Position numbers and translations under genes: made by a program. A DNA stretch of 43,082 nt from contig NC_081440.1 in NCBI RefSeq assembly GCF_007210705.1, positions 5,296,144 to 5,339,225 of the forward strand. The letters run 5' to 3'. Positions 1 through 12,897 of the stretch are shown here, piece by piece. The notes beneath the pieces were generated by a model. The model had not been told where the DNA came from. It ran no database searches and saw only the letters and a program-made list of their open reading frames with translations. Origin of the DNA: Tigriopus californicus (taxonomy: Eukaryota). The stretch's first letter is position 1; every line of letters begins with the position of its first letter.

Positions 1-186
1 AGTTTTCTCAAGGATATCTTGCTACTCCAACGCCAATCAGCAATACAAAAGTCAAAACACATGATTCTTTGTCTTCTCAATCTGAGAGGGAGGTGTAGAT
101 ATGACATTAGGTTTTTCCTGAGTCAAATATTGCACAGAAAGCTTCTCGCTAGTCTGCAGTTGTGGGAACTTGCGAGAGCGCCTTGA

Positions 187-714
187 ATGAGATCAATTCA
201 AATGGCGTCCCCTTCAAGTGAAATTGCAAGTCCCGTGGAGCCCACATCTGACACTTCATCCACCTCTGCGCCTTCAGCACCCATCTATCGAGTTTTCAAA
301 ACCCGTTGGTACATCCTATCGCTCTTTGCTTTGCTGGCCTGCTTCCAATGCCAGGTTTGGAACACATGGGGTCCCATTGAAGTGGCGGTCAAGTATGGTT
401 ACGGATGGCACGATTCTACTGTGGCCATGATGGCCAATTGGGGAACCATCATGTTTGTCGTCATGGCTTTTCCATTGTCGTACTTTTTGGAAGTCCGTGG
501 CCTGAGGGAAACGGTCATTTTGGTGTCAGCATTGTCTGCTATAGGAACAGTGATCCGGACCTTCTCTCTGGGTGCCACATATTTTACTTGGTCGGGTCAC
601 ATTTGTTCCATTTTGAATGGAATATCCGGTGTCACTGTGATGTCTGCTCCCCCTGTGATATCTGCTCTATGGTTTCCGCCCAATGAGCGGGCTTTTGCTA
701 CTGCTGTGGCTCAG
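187..714 (+). CDS. MFS transporter, SLC49 family (FLVCR/MFSD7/DIRC2-like), exon 1 (176 aa)
   Basis: ORF 187..747 with multiple TM helices. Motifs align to human MFSD7/FLVCR: FKTRWYILSLFALLACFQCQVWNTWGPI ~ [34 protein letters not shown] ~ DSVGLR; ISALWFPPNERAFATA ~ LAALWFPEHQRATANM. Donor CAG|GTTAGA after codon Q at 712-714, phase 0. Confidence 0.7.
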
Positions 715-771
715 GTTAGAGCTGAAATGAGTTGTTTAAGGAAATGAGAGTAATCAATTGTTATGCTCTAG

Positions 772-1677
772 GTTGGCAATCAACTTGGATCGGGAGTTGC
801 CTACTTGCTAGGGCCGTATATGGTCCCAGATACGGGTATCCCAACTAATGAAACATTATTGATGTCTCCTCTGACCATCGATAAGAGAATGATCCAACGA
901 GACATCGAGTGGTACATGATCGTTACGGCAACTATTTTTGTTGCCATTTTGGTCTTGGTGGTTCTATACTTTCCATCGCAACCCTCCATTCCACCATCGC
1001 CCAGTGCTGAGGTTCCTAGGACCAACTACAAATCAGGGTTGATCAGCATTGCTCAGAACCCGAACATGTGGCTATGTATGTTGGCTTACGCCATTCCTGG
1101 AGGGGTCAATAGTGGATGGGCGGCTGTGATGACCATCAATTTCGCACCCGTTGGTATTGATGAGGCAGAGACAGGGTCAATAGCGTTGATCTCTGTGCTC
1201 AGCTGTGCTTTCGTGACATTGGGTTCGGCCTATGGGTTGGATCATGTCAGACGGTTCTTGAAGTCTTGTCTTTTGACACTGCTGACCATGTCTGCCCTGT
1301 TCTTTGCTTGGCTAGCTCTGTTGTGCCTTCAATTTATCCCCTTTTCTAAATGGCAAATCTATGTGTCGACCATCGGTGGAATATCTTGCAGTTTCGCCAC
1401 TAACCCATTGTTTTTTGAGTACGCCGTCGATTTAGCCTACCCTATTTCTGAAGGCTTGGTCGCCACATTTCTGACTGCCTTCAATAATCTAATCGGAATG
1501 TTCTTTTTGGGAGTATTTTTCATCCCAAATATAAAGTTCACGTGGATGAATTATGTTCTTGTAGGGTCATCTTTAATCAGTATTCCATTAGTTCTTCTCA
1601 CCAAGGGAAATTTTAGAAGAATGGCTGTCGATGATGGTACCTCGTCGATAGATCAAGAAGGTTACAGGATCCTTTAA
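772..1677 (+). CDS. MFS transporter SLC49 family, exon 2 (301 aa plus stop TAA 1675-1677)
   Basis: Acceptor ctctag|GTTGGC at 770/771. The 57-nt phase-0 intron (715..771) keeps the frame. The joined protein reads ...AVAQ|VGNQLGSGVAYLLGPYMV..., continuing the MFS loop 6 / TM7 region, followed by 6 more TM helices. Total about 477 aa with 12 TM, typical for MFS. Confidence 0.7.
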   Translation, partial: VGNQLGSGVAYLLGPYMVPDTGIPTNETLLMSPLTIDKRMIQRDIEWYMIVTATIFVAILVLVVLYFPSQPSIPPSPSAEVPRTNYKSGLISIAQNPNMWLCMLAYAIPGGVNSGWAAVMTINFAPVGIDEAETGSIALISVLSCAFVTLGSAYGLDHVRRFLKSCLLTLLTMSALFFAWLALLCLQFIPFSKWQIYVSTIGGISCSFATNPLFFEYAVDLAYPISEGLVATFLTAFNNLIGMFFLGVFFIPNIKFTWMNYVLVGSSLISIPLVLLTKGNFRRMAVDDGTSSIDQEGYRIL

Positions 1678-2976
1678 AATCCCCCCGATGATATAATAAT
1701 GTAAACTAAGTCACTTTCAAAAACCCTAAGTATGATCGATCTGACACAAGTGATTACAATGTTTGTTACTCTGATCTAATTTTGATATTGTGTATTGAAA
1801 TATATCTAAAAAATGGTTGTTGACCAGTGTTTTGAAAACCATATCAGAGTACTTATTGCTTCGCTTTATTTGGTTCAAAATAAGTTCCAAGGAGACTCGA
1901 AGACAGTCTCTTAACTTGGTACATTACCATTTAAAAAGTTGTTGGCAATGATGAGTGAGTGTTGTTTTGGAAAATACTTCACCGGTCCTTTTTTCTTTCC
2001 AAATGCTGAAACCCTTACCGTATTGGGAATGCAATTCCAAGAAATTCAAGATGAAATATTTACAATTAGAAAACTTGGAGGACCTCAAAAGGGATATCGT
2101 GAATGCCTGGCACCCAATTCTCAATAAACACAAGGAGTATAAGGTCTACACGATACTGTTGTAATTACATGGCAAAAAATACTGGCCACAGAAGCCATTA
2201 ACATGAACCGACAGTGTCGATTGAATATTGTTATGATATTCCAAACTGTGCGTCACAAACAGATTAAGTTTGATATGCAAATACTCATTCAAATCTTTTG
2301 TGAATCGTTAATGAGACAGGTGCATGTTTTTAGATAATGGTAAATAGGAAACACTTTGTATGCCTTTATGAGCTCCCTGGGCTTTTATCACGGATAAAAA
2401 AAATTAATAACCCATCGGGAACCTGGTCCTGGATGCTTCTCTCTTGAAGCCTGTTAACTAAAAGGCCACCATCTACCTTGTCAAAGGCTTAAGCAAAGTC
2501 GAGAAAGAAAGTCTATATGTTTTTGTTGTTTTCTCTAATTTCCTTTTGAGTTTAGATCGGCCAATATTCTTGCATACACTGTAAAGTGCAAAAGAATTAC
2601 AAAATACAAATACATCTGTTGGCTCATGAGTTTTTCAGTCCCTCAACGGTTTTACGCAGTTGTCAAATTTACAGTAATTTGATCGAAAAGTGAGGCCAAA
2701 GTTCTGTTCATCTAATATGAACATAAGTGGAAGAAAAAAATACCTCGAAACAAAGCAAAAATATTCTAGGATTGAGAGACTTCGCTGAGACTTCGTATCA
2801 ATGCAAATGACCTCAAATAATGGTTAGAGAGAACAGGCATTCTTGCAACGGATGTATATGGGTATGAAATAAAATCTAACGATGAGTTTGAATTATTGTC
2901 ATTGAGGTGATCCCGGTTGGGTTTTATCACGTTAGTGCCATAGATGGCGCTGAATGTAATATTCTGACTCCCCTAG

Positions 2977-2986
2977 TCACGTGACA
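2977..2986. promoter_or_regulatory. perfect palindromic E-box GTCACGTGAC with an adjacent ACGTCA half-CRE (2992-2997)
   Basis: Seen directly in the sequence. The flanks are GC-rich (ggcgcctcggagg). No gene could be assigned to it. Confidence 0.2.
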
Positions 2987-5900
2987 TTTGAACGTCATCA
3001 ACTGTTAAGCTGCGTTTCGGCCGTCAAATGAAAACGGTCTGGGAAGGCGCCTCGGAGGAAACACAAATAAGAACCGACTCGAGCATGTATCGTTCTTCCT
3101 TTTAAAACTTGAAAGTCACAGATAAAGATCATTCATGTTTTTAGGAATTACTTGGAACTGGACGAGACCCTACAGAAAGTAATTAATTAACAACTCAAGA
3201 TAACTCAAGATGCATACACATATGTGCAAAAAAGCGAATCTCAGGTACTTTTTTAGATTCTGCAATTTACTTTCTACATTTGGTTATTCCCTAACGACCT
3301 TTTTTGAATACAGCTGCCTTCAAACATTGTCGCATTTACATGTGATCATTGCTCCACCGGATTCAACTCGAAGCAATAGCGTGATTCATTCGGGTGAAGA
3401 GATCATTGCACTTTAAAGCAGGGGCAGGAGTCAAGAAGTTTAATTTTGCAACATAATGTGAATCATTCTTTTCTTTTTCCATTCGGTATTGCATTCCTAT
3501 TTCATGGCATTTTGGATGACTGAACGGGTTTCCTTTTGGCTTTTAATGAATATGTTTTGATAAGTTTTTGTTAAGAGCTGTAGAGATTCCTATCTACAGT
3601 GTCCATACATTCCGATTTCTCGCTGGGTTATTTTCTGTACTGTCTCGGCTTTTGCCTTATTTTCGCTAAAAAGAGGGTGACATTATCAGCACTCACAGGC
3701 CCAAGTTCTGCCCAGATCGATCAACTGTTAGAGTATGACTGGTCTGAAAGAAAAACAGTGTTTCCATTCACTACAAATGCTGAGTAGCACCTCATCATTT
3801 AATTAGTTCGTCATGATCTATAATTGTAAGTTTTACATTTCATAGCAAATTTCAAGAATTTTATTTTCGTGAAACCCTATAAGTGTCAAACATAATCTCA
3901 AATACACCGACTGCCAAATCAATCTATGATGAAGTGATTAACTTTGACTTGGACCAAGAGGCTTGTCTGTTACAAAATTGCAGCTTAAGAATTAATGTTG
4001 CAATCTGAATACACTCGAACTTTCATACCTTTGCCTAAAAAGAAGACCTGCCAACAGCAATAATGAAAATTATCAATAATAACCCATCTGTGATGTCTCA
4101 CATCGATACAAAATATTTGTTAATTAAGTGCTACTTACTCAATTTTTCTCCCAATAGAGTGCAGAATAAGGAGAGCTCTTTTAGTCTGCCCAGGGCTAAG
4201 GAAAAATGAAATAAAAACATGTCCGTGATAAATGTTTTTTTTTACTTAATTAGCTTATTTTCCCGGTTTTTTCGAAACAGATAAAGTAATCCCAAGTACT
4301 ATTAAAGTGAAAGGTTATATGTCAACTACTTTTCCTGTCAATCATTATCTATTATTTGGCCTGCCAACGAATTTGAATTGGCTGACTAACTAGTGCTTGA
4401 ATTTAGAATTGATTTGGGATGCTATTTAAAAGAATCTGTCCAAATCTGACTTGAAAGATGCTACAGGATCAACAACAACACATACGTGTTCCCAACGAAT
4501 ATGAGATGAAAAGTTAATGAATAACAAGTAAAAAACATCTTTGGAAATTAGCATGTAATTTTGCAGTATTTAGGTCACATTATCCAATTTCAATCCTAAC
4601 TCCAGTTTCAACGGCAAACTTGGGCACATTGCGAGTCTTGAATTGGGCTTTCCGTTTTCCAAAATGTTCCTTGGACTGCTTTGAGAGGCACCTTGTGAAA
4701 CCAGAAGCAGACGCCCAAAAATCTAATGCGATCACGGCTTGAAATGACAAACTATTTTCATCAAAATCTGGATTGACGTTTTCCTTCTGTACTGTGATTA
4801 TTTTGATATTTCCTACGAAACATAAAATGGAAACACTAGGGTGGAATCTTGTGCAGTCTGATCTTCATTTCAAGTCTCCAAGGTCGAAACGGGGTTCACA
4901 GGGTGAGAAATATATATTTTTTCTCGGCTTTAATAGCCTTGCAATTGACCTAAATAGCATGTAAAGTTTTGTCTCTATCCTATGATTACTAATCTGGGAG
5001 GCTCAAAAGGACCCGAAAAGTCAATTCTGTAAAACGTTAATCTGGCAATTATCCTGTTTTGTGGCAAATACATTAGCCCAAAGGTTGCAGTTTATCCTAG
5101 AAAAACGCCCATTGATCCATTTAGACTAAAGTTTCTTATTTGTTGAACAAAAAGAAGCAAGTTTATTAAGATACCATAGTGTTGGTGCCTAGCGCACTCT
5201 GCTGGCAAAACGTTGCGATAAGGCCATTAAAGAAACGTACTGGTGTCGAGAATAATCATAGATCTGGGAAAAACCGGAGCCAAAACCGGCCTTCTTTCGC
5301 TCTCTAAGGGTAATTGGAGAAGGTTGTTGATTTGCGTTGCCGTTCTCGATCGAATCGAGACCTTTCCTAGGCACAGTAGTTTGTTCATAAATGTTCGTTT
5401 ATGTCCGTAGAACAAGAAAACAAAAGGCTTGCACGCCATCCATGCATGCACTTCTAACACTTGCGAATTGACCGTGTCATGTATTTAGGTATTCGATTCG
5501 AGTTTGCTCGAAACTTTGACACAGAGAGCAAGCCTTGAATATTTGCTCCGAGCCCGTTATCTTATTTACCAAGTACCTCCATTGAATTCGAGAATTCGAG
5601 AACAAATTGGGGGCCTCTGAGTTATTGTGGTGTAATCAAATAAGGGTCGAGTTTGCATTGATCCCCTCTTATGGCACAAAGCCATTCTATTCCCAAAAGC
5701 TATGTACATCTTTGGAGAGGGGCTCTTTCCTCCTCCAAATGCTATCCACAAAGGCATTAAAGATGGCAATGCTGCAATTGGCTAACAGCTGTCCTAAGGT
5801 TGCTGCCCTGAGAGCTTGGCAACCCAATCTTGCCCTCCAACAGCTTGAGTTCACGATCCTTCAATAACATTGTTGCTTTTGTCCATCATGCATGCACTCA

Positions 5901-7379
5901 CTCGCCCGTCTCACACAAAGAAGACACACAATCGAACTTCCTCGCTCTCTGAACCTCGTGTTCATGCCTTATGCTCGTGGTTGCTTCTAATAAATAAACC
6001 ATGGGAGTGCCATGGGGAACATGGGCTAGCTAGATAGCCATATAGTAGACCGAGGACCTGATTGAGAGAAATGTCACATAATTTTGATGTTTTCAGGTTA
6101 TTTGGCGTTTTACCTCTTTTTCGAACTAATTCAATGACTTTTGGTCGGATTTGAATTTTGTTTTGTTGCCATTTGGCGATTTAAAAACAAAAATACTTAT
6201 GAAGTGTCACTAATTTCTTAAGAATGCAGTTCAAATGCTAAAGATAAAAATGCTAAAAATGTACTTGGAACAATTCATTGTTAAAATGTTACAATACTTT
6301 TCAATTATTTAGGATGTTTCCAAACTGAAATCTTCTGAATGATTTTACGTAACATTTAAGGTATCAATATTTTTTCGAATTTTCAGGCCATGTACCTTAG
6401 CTGCCAAATATAAACAAAAGAGTTTGTATAATGTGTAACTCATCGTCCAAATTACATTTGCATCTTGATTCTAATCCACGATTATACATCAAAAAGCATT
6501 TTTTGGAACCCAGTTGAATGCTTAGGACATGATAGGGTATTCATATTCTTTAATTGAAAATTTTACCTTGACATCATTTTGACTTCAATGAATGAGTCAA
6601 AAAAAATATTTATTGATGATAGCCGATAAGCAAGCAAGGTGATGAAGCTATTTGCTCTTTTGAAGTTCTGATAACGGGCACTTACTGGTGATGAATTTCT
6701 GATTCACTCTCTCATGTTTCATTTGTTCACATTTTTGTTTCAATGTGGATGCTGATACGAAATTATTGCGAGAAAATTCGATGGGCAAATAAAAGATAAG
6801 TTAACGGCCCATTTGCACCCATCGACTTTTTTTTAATTTTTTTTTTAATTCGTGAGCAAGACGCGTTGCAAAGCACTTAAATATGAAGCAAATAAGAACG
6901 TCGAGTAACTGTTGAGTCAACAAAAATGATATAACCAAGTGAGCTGGGGGCATTCATGGGAAAGTCATAAGGGAAACTTTTATCTCAAGTGTGAAACAAA
7001 GACTTTTCAACATAGAGTCATATACACCTATGGGAAGAACCCAATTCGTTGGACAATCGTTGTCCCTTAAACCCCCAACAAACCCATTCTCGTATGTTCC
7101 CAACTTGACCCTCATATCATTCTCACTCTTTCTTTTTTGTTTTTAGGTTCTTCTACCTCTTGTTCGTCTTACTTCGAATCTGGAATAACCCCATTGTCCC
7201 ACAGTGGAATCTGGATCCAGGAAAACACTCGCTTTCTGCTCCAACACCGTGTCCGTGTTGGCGAATCAAAACGAGCAGTCCTTAGTGTCTTTCCTGCCTC
7301 CCAATTCTGAGTTCCACCAGAAGCAGTAGAAGTAAGCTGTAAGGCTAAGAACAAGCTACATACAAGCCAGAAGCTCTGC

Positions 7380-7849
7380 CTGGACCCGCTCTCTCGTCAC
7401 CCGGATCTGTCGACAACGTCCACGACGACTACGACGACCCGGACCGCTCAGCAGCTCGGAAATCGTCTCAGCTGAGAGAACTTTTTCAAGGCTAACGTTC
7501 CAAAAACTGGGTGACCCGTCACGGGAGAGGTTTGCCTGGAAGATAGTAGAGAAGAAGCCAGCCCCGCCGAAGCCTTAGACAAAGGAGACCGAGAAGTTGG
7601 ACTGGGGGCTGACGAACCTCGTCAGCCAGTTCCTTTTTATCTCCTTGTGAAGCAGTTGGGTGCGAAGTTGTGCTAGCATTGGTTGGTTCAACTGAAGCTG
7701 GATAAGATCACTGTTCTGACGAACCAGAAATTACTCAGTGGTCCCATCAAAAGTGCTAAGAGTGTTGGGAGAACCTCATTTTCGTCGATATCGACCCCAT
7801 CCCTTGTTTAAGTGAGGCTTTAGGATCCTTAGAATCCAGGTAAGTGGTT
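7380..7849 (+). other. candidate non-coding (5' UTR) exon ending in a strong donor CAG|GTAAGTGG, gene unassigned
   Basis: GC-rich block with no long ORF and a consensus 5' splice site at 7847-7852. A C10 homopolymer follows in the putative intron (7867-7876). Confidence 0.25.
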
Positions 7850-8231
7850 ACTAATACCCTGACCATCCCCCCCCCCATCCACTCGTGTTCCCAGTTGTGG
7901 AAGCCCCGATAAGAGCAGCTTTACCTGGCTTGTCATACATAGGTGGCCGTTCTGTCGTCACGACGTGCTTTGGTTTACCTGTCTTGATTCACACTCGCTC
8001 ACCAGAAGCATTGTTGGGAAACAACAATAGTTGAGAGTAAAAATGTGTCATATCTCAACCATTAGTGAGTGTGGTTCTGCTCCCTGGTTGCCACAGCAGA
8101 GCTTGGAAACTCACCCATGCCGTAATGTCCTTCAAATTGCTTTGCTAGCTAACTTAAATTCAAATGTAGGATCAAAATTGCAGTACGAAAAGATCCAGGC
8201 TCTTTTACCGTATAATGAAGGCTTTTCATCG

Positions 8232-8245
8232 CACACACACACACA
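8232..8245. repeat. (CA)7 dinucleotide microsatellite
   Basis: cacacacacacaca seen directly. Confidence 0.9.
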
Positions 8246-8543
8246 TGTGCATCTGCATTACTAGATAGAGAGAACAGTCACATATGTGGATCATAAGGAT
8301 TCTTGTTCACTTGCTCCTGGTGGGTCGGAACTAATTTTGTTATCAAAGTTTTGTGCGCTTGAATATTTCGCTTGGTGGGGAGCTGGATACTTTGAAAACA
8401 TTTTGTGTGCTGGGATCAATCCGTCCAGCACATTCTTAGTACCAGAAACTGGAATGACGTGTTTTCCAGCCTCAATCGACTTATGCATCGAGTATTTGTC
8501 CAACGCAGATGAGCACGGCCACTCGGTAAAACCTTGTATGCGC

Positions 8544-8551
8544 TGACGTCA
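8544..8551. promoter_or_regulatory. canonical CRE palindrome TGACGTCA, overlapping CACGT, inside a GC-rich promoter-like block (about 8520-8900)
   Basis: Exact 8-mer TGACGTCA. Local CpG enrichment (gcgctgacgtcacgtaagaggcctcg ... gggcgggtgag, an Sp1-like GGGCGG at about 8628). Confidence 0.3.
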
Positions 8552-11265
8552 CGTAAGAGGCCTCGAAAAAGTACTGCTAAGCAGGCCTTAGGCCTTGGAG
8601 CTTGGCTTGAAGGGCAAAACCTCCAAGGGCGGGTGAGAGAAAGAAAGACACACGCACGAGCCAATACTCAATTCTGAAGCTTGACGTTTTCGTACGTATT
8701 CTCGAGTACGTACCTACCCCCTCAAAGGAATTTGCGCACCGCCTCTTCTCCTTCTCTCGCAGAACTCTCCCAGAATTGGCTAGTATGAACAGACCTGACC
8801 AGAAAAAAGCAGTTTGAGCGACGTTTGTACGGTCACATTGCAAGTCTGTGGTAATTTGAAGACCACATTCTGCGATGTTGTGCACGGCGTCTAACTCTCA
8901 TAATTGAGTCGCAATTTCTTGCAACTGATTCATTGCACATACGCCTTCTTTTCAAGATGGCACTTGACCATCTCACGGGAGCAAACCGCATTGGATTTGG
9001 TCCTGGTTGTCTATGCGATATCATATCCAACGCACCCTTGCGCATCAGAGGGAGATCTTGCTTGAAGGACTCCTCCTTGACAATGAAGGTGAAGCCACGT
9101 TTGTCTTGCACTGCTGCTGCCAATACCTCAAATGAGTCGGTGGTCTTAGTTTTAAGACTGATAGCAGTGAAAGTTGGTTACGGCTCATCTCACTATGGGA
9201 AAAGAAATGAACAAGTTGATGTTCAGTTTCAAAAGACAGGAAAAAACGGACATCAGATGATTGGTAAACACTGTCTGATCATTAACGTCAGTGAATTTTT
9301 TATACGTTTGTCATACATAAACTTTAAATTACTAAAGATAGTGAGGCAAAAACTGATAGCAGATTGAGATGTAGTGAAAAATAGCACTCCTTTTAAATGC
9401 CTGCCACCAAGATGAGAAGTATGTTTGGTGCAACTCCTAATCACAACATCCTGTTAAGGGTTGGGGGCCATTTGGTCGCCATTTGATGGATGATATTTAA
9501 AGACTGTAAACAAGTTTTCACGAGCCTAGCTAGTGCTTCACTGATTCAGTCATTGGGAACGAGGGTTCAAACGTGCAAGCAGGCCTTAGCTCGGTACTCA
9601 AGTAATTCTCGAACTTCAAAAGGCCAAATGACCCGAGGAACACTCACGGGAAATTTCCGGGTTGAGAACCGTGAGCAGTTCAACATTCTTCAATGTGTTT
9701 TACTTTCTTGTAAGAGCATGCGTGTTTGGCTGTCCGTTGTGAATCGCTGTTTGCCCTAGATTTTTCCAGCCAATTATTGAGAATTGAGCGGTTGCTAGGT
9801 TGAAGATCCAATTCATTGTTGTGGATTGTTTCGGAAGGAGTTGCTATTCCGTTAATCTGATGCGGACAGTGTCCTCCAGAGTTTGACACTGACTCTTCAC
9901 TTCAGAGACGCGTTTCTTAAAAGACATTTGGAACCACAGCGCGTTCACAAAGTTCAGTCTATTTCTTGACGTCGACCCAAACTGTCATGAATTTTTATAT
10001 TCGTCAGTAAAAAGTTTGAGTTAATATTTTGGAGCAAGGTAAGAGATTCAAATGTCACCATAAATAGCCACGTGTCTTGCCCCCCAATAACTCTTGAAGT
10101 AAAATAACAAGTTGACCTGCTTGATATATTTATGAGTACTAGACTAATCAATAGATCAAGAGCATTAGCTCACGTGACAATAAATGATAAATGAGGGCGA
10201 AAATTTGATGCGAACACCAATGTCTTCTCTAATGGGTCTGCTATACAATATATTTTGGGGCCTTCAAGAAACTAAAAATGTATGATTCGTTACCAACAAA
10301 AGTAGCTATAGTATAAAGGTAACCATCTTCACAAGGATAATATGCTTGAAAAAACAAACTCAAAAATATTTCTTTTGACAAATATCATCAATACCACGCT
10401 TGTAGTTAATGTCCGTGAAGTTAGATATGTCCTTCACATGCTAAGGTTAACATTGGTCTTTGGTACGACTCGTTCAATTGACAGTTTGGGTCATCGTGAT
10501 GATTGGTTCCACAAGAACACTCTCTGTTAGACTTCCCTCCAAAACTGAATGCATATGATTGCTGATATTATTATGACGTTATGAAAGATATTTAATGAGG
10601 CAAACAAAACGATTTACCCCTCCAAATGAGATGTAAAGATGGCCGATGACTTCATCACTTTGTCCATTTCACCACGTGTGATAAAACGTGTTCAGATTCT
10701 GCTCTACCATGCTCATTTAGTGAATTCGAAGGTCTTTGAATATTGCTGAGGCGTTGAAAAAAAAACCAATTTTGAGAATTTGTACTCATTAGCTAATGAA
10801 GCAAGTCAATTTCTGGCCTGATGTGTAATTTTTCGTCTCTATTAGGTCGATGCGAATGAGCACTACTCCAAAAGTAAAGTCGTTCGTTCGATTTGTTTAT
10901 TAGAACTTGCAATAAATGCTCTGCATATGGAGTTAAATGTACTAGTCGTAACATCAGGTTCTTCCCTATTGCCTCAAGCGCGATATACTCAATGTCCTTG
11001 AAACAGTAATTTGGGCATGGCTGAATTCGATCGTGAATCCGCCTTACCAAGTAGATCACAGACCGAAGTTACAAATTGTTTGTCATCAATGGCATATTGA
11101 TCGGATATATGTCATCAATTGAATGTATGTTAAGGGCCCGGTAGTAGAAACGAGTGTTCCAAGAGAGGATCCCATCCCTCAAAACGGGCACAACAGCGTG
11201 TGATGTTGAGTTTGGTTTCCTCGCAGCAGTAACAGCTGATGCTCCTAACGCCGTTTCTGAGAAGT

Positions 11266-11290
11266 AGGAGGAGGAGGAGGAGGAGGAGGA
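11266..11290. repeat. (AGG)8 trinucleotide microsatellite
   Basis: aggaggaggaggaggaggaggagga seen directly. It produces the poly-Ser and poly-Leu runs in the overlapping minus-strand ORFs at 11069..11363. Confidence 0.9.
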
Positions 11291-11896
11291 TCGCAGAAAT
11301 CGCAATGACGTTCGTTCTTAGTGAGGGGCAGCGGCTAGGGAAAGGCGCAGCTGTTGTGGCCACCGCAGCTTGCTTTTGTCAAGACTGGGCTGAATGAGGA
11401 GGAAAGCTGTTGAGGTGGCCATGTTGGCCAACTGGGACTGGGAGTTGTACTCGTTGTACTGCTCTGAAGCATTCTCTGCTTTTGCTGGATAGAGTGGAGC
11501 TATAGAGGAGTCCAGGTTATTCTTTATGCTCTCTCCGAGCAGCAAGAAGTGAGCAAAGCTTGGCATTGGCTTTACTGCTTAGACTGTTCACGAGCAAGTC
11601 TATGACAAAAAGTTTTCACTGTGCCCCTCTGGTAAAGACAACGCTTGTTTCATCTGGGCTCCCAAGATTGATTTGTAAGTGAAGTTGAATCTATTTCCTA
11701 AGAAGCTGTATGGCGTCAAATTTCAGTGGGAAAAGTGTGAAGGAAGTCTTGGACACTGGGGTAGAGTAAGTCGTCCTCTTGCAAACGAACTAGCTGCCGT
11801 AGCTCTCTCTAATGAGGACGATAAAACAAGATTTGAAAGGCTATCTATAACTCTGCACCATTTCTCTTGTAGACGGTCGCCAACCTCTCAGTCATC

Positions 11897-12196
11897 ATGG
11901 ACCAGGAATCGAATCAGATGGAACAGCAGTCTGTGCAATGTCGCAACGGATGCGGCTTCTACGGAAATGCGGGCAGTGAAGGTTATTGCTCTGTGTGCTA
12001 CAAAGAGGTGATTAAGAAGAAGCAGCAACCACCAACGAATATGCCTTCATCATTGGCACCCACACATGGCACGATGGCCTCTCTTTCCATTGACGAAGCC
12101 TGTTCCATAAGCCCAACCGCCTCTAGTCCATTGAAATCCACTTCCCTCAACACGGCTTCCCCCACAGTTCTGATACCGCCCTCTCAAATGGAAAAG
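11897..12196 (+). CDS. ZFAND5/6-like: AN1-type zinc finger protein 5/6-like (ZFAND5/ZFAND6, ZNF216 family), exon 1, encoding the A20-type zinc finger
   Basis: QCRNGCGFYGNAGSEGYCSVCYKE is a canonical A20 zinc finger (C-x2-C-x11-C-x2-C). Donor GAAAAG|GTAAGC at 12197. An acceptor tttctcttgtag immediately 5' of the ATG (about 11870) implies a 5' UTR intron. Confidence 0.8.
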
Positions 12197-12303
12197 GTAA
12201 GCCTCGATAATGACCAAATATGAAGGCAATGATACACGGAACTCAACTTTATATCCTCTAGATCAAGATCCACTTGTTTAACAATGATCAATCCTTCTTA
12301 CAG

Positions 12304-12493
12304 AGGGAGTCAGAGACCGACATGAGCGGCTCTTCAGCCTTGTTGGGCGGTTCCCCTCTCCCCTCTGATATCAACGCTGTCGCGGCTTCACCCAGCTCCT
12401 CCTCCCCTTCAGAAGACGCCGATAGTGGGGCCAAGGATGGTAAAAAGAAGAAGAATCGTTGTGGATGTTGTAAAAAGAAAGTGGGTCTAACAG
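12304..12493 (+). CDS. ZFAND5/6-like: ZFAND5/6-like exon 2 (Ser/Pro-rich linker and start of the AN1 finger: KKKNRCGCCKKKVGLTG)
   Basis: Acceptor cttacag|AGGGAG at 12302/12303, phase 0. Donor ACAG|GTAAGC at 12494, phase 1. An alternative acceptor ctctag at about 12261 cannot be excluded. Confidence 0.6.
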
Positions 12494-12748
12494 GTAAGCA
12501 AGCTATCTAAATTGAGTCACATGTACCATTTCCACATGACAATAGAACGTTGGTGTTAGTCTTGTCTAAGCCATGAGCTTTTGCAACGGCTAAGAAGCCT
12601 CTGGGCTTCCCTCCCCACCTGACCAATTAAGGCTTAGTAAAGTAGGAAGTCGAATCATAGCAACCTCTTCTGGCATTCCATGTAGAGCAGGAACTAATGA
12701 GAACATTTTTGCTGAATATTCTCTAAATCTATCTACTCTTTGTTTCAG

Positions 12749-12897
12749 GATTCACTTGTCGTTGTGGAGGACTGTTCTGCTCAATACACCGATACAGTGA
12801 TAAGCACGATTGTCCTTTCGACTACAAGGAGCTGGGTGCTGAGGAAATCAGAAAGAGCAATCCTATGGTGGTAGCCAAGAAGATCCAAAAGATCTAG
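12749..12897 (+). CDS. ZFAND5/6-like: ZFAND5/6-like exon 3 (AN1 zinc finger C-terminus, stop TAG 12895-12897)
   Basis: Acceptor tttgtttcag|GATTCAC. The joined translation ...KKVGLTG|[48 protein letters not shown] is near-identical in pattern to the human ZFAND5/6 C-terminus ([46 protein letters not shown]). Total about 212 aa. Confidence 0.85.

Noticed and set aside
5436-5905. Direct repeat of CCATC(C)ATGCATGCACT about 450 bp apart flanking small ORFs (5566..5867), considered as LTR or TSD
   Set aside because: Only about 12 bp are shared and it is a low-complexity RY palindrome (CATGCATG). No LTR or TIR structure around it.
8933-9367. 144-aa plus-strand ORF (MHIRLLFKMALDHLTG...)
   Set aside because: No homology, poor codon structure and an AT-rich tail. 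The opposite-strand frame looks more coding-like (see the finding for 7380-9130).
11069-11566. Three overlapping minus-strand ORFs (78-82 aa) with poly-Ser and poly-Leu runs
   Set aside because: The runs are translations of the (AGG)8 microsatellite. Three mutually exclusive frames are open over a GC-rich region, which is typical of a CpG-rich promoter and not of a gene.
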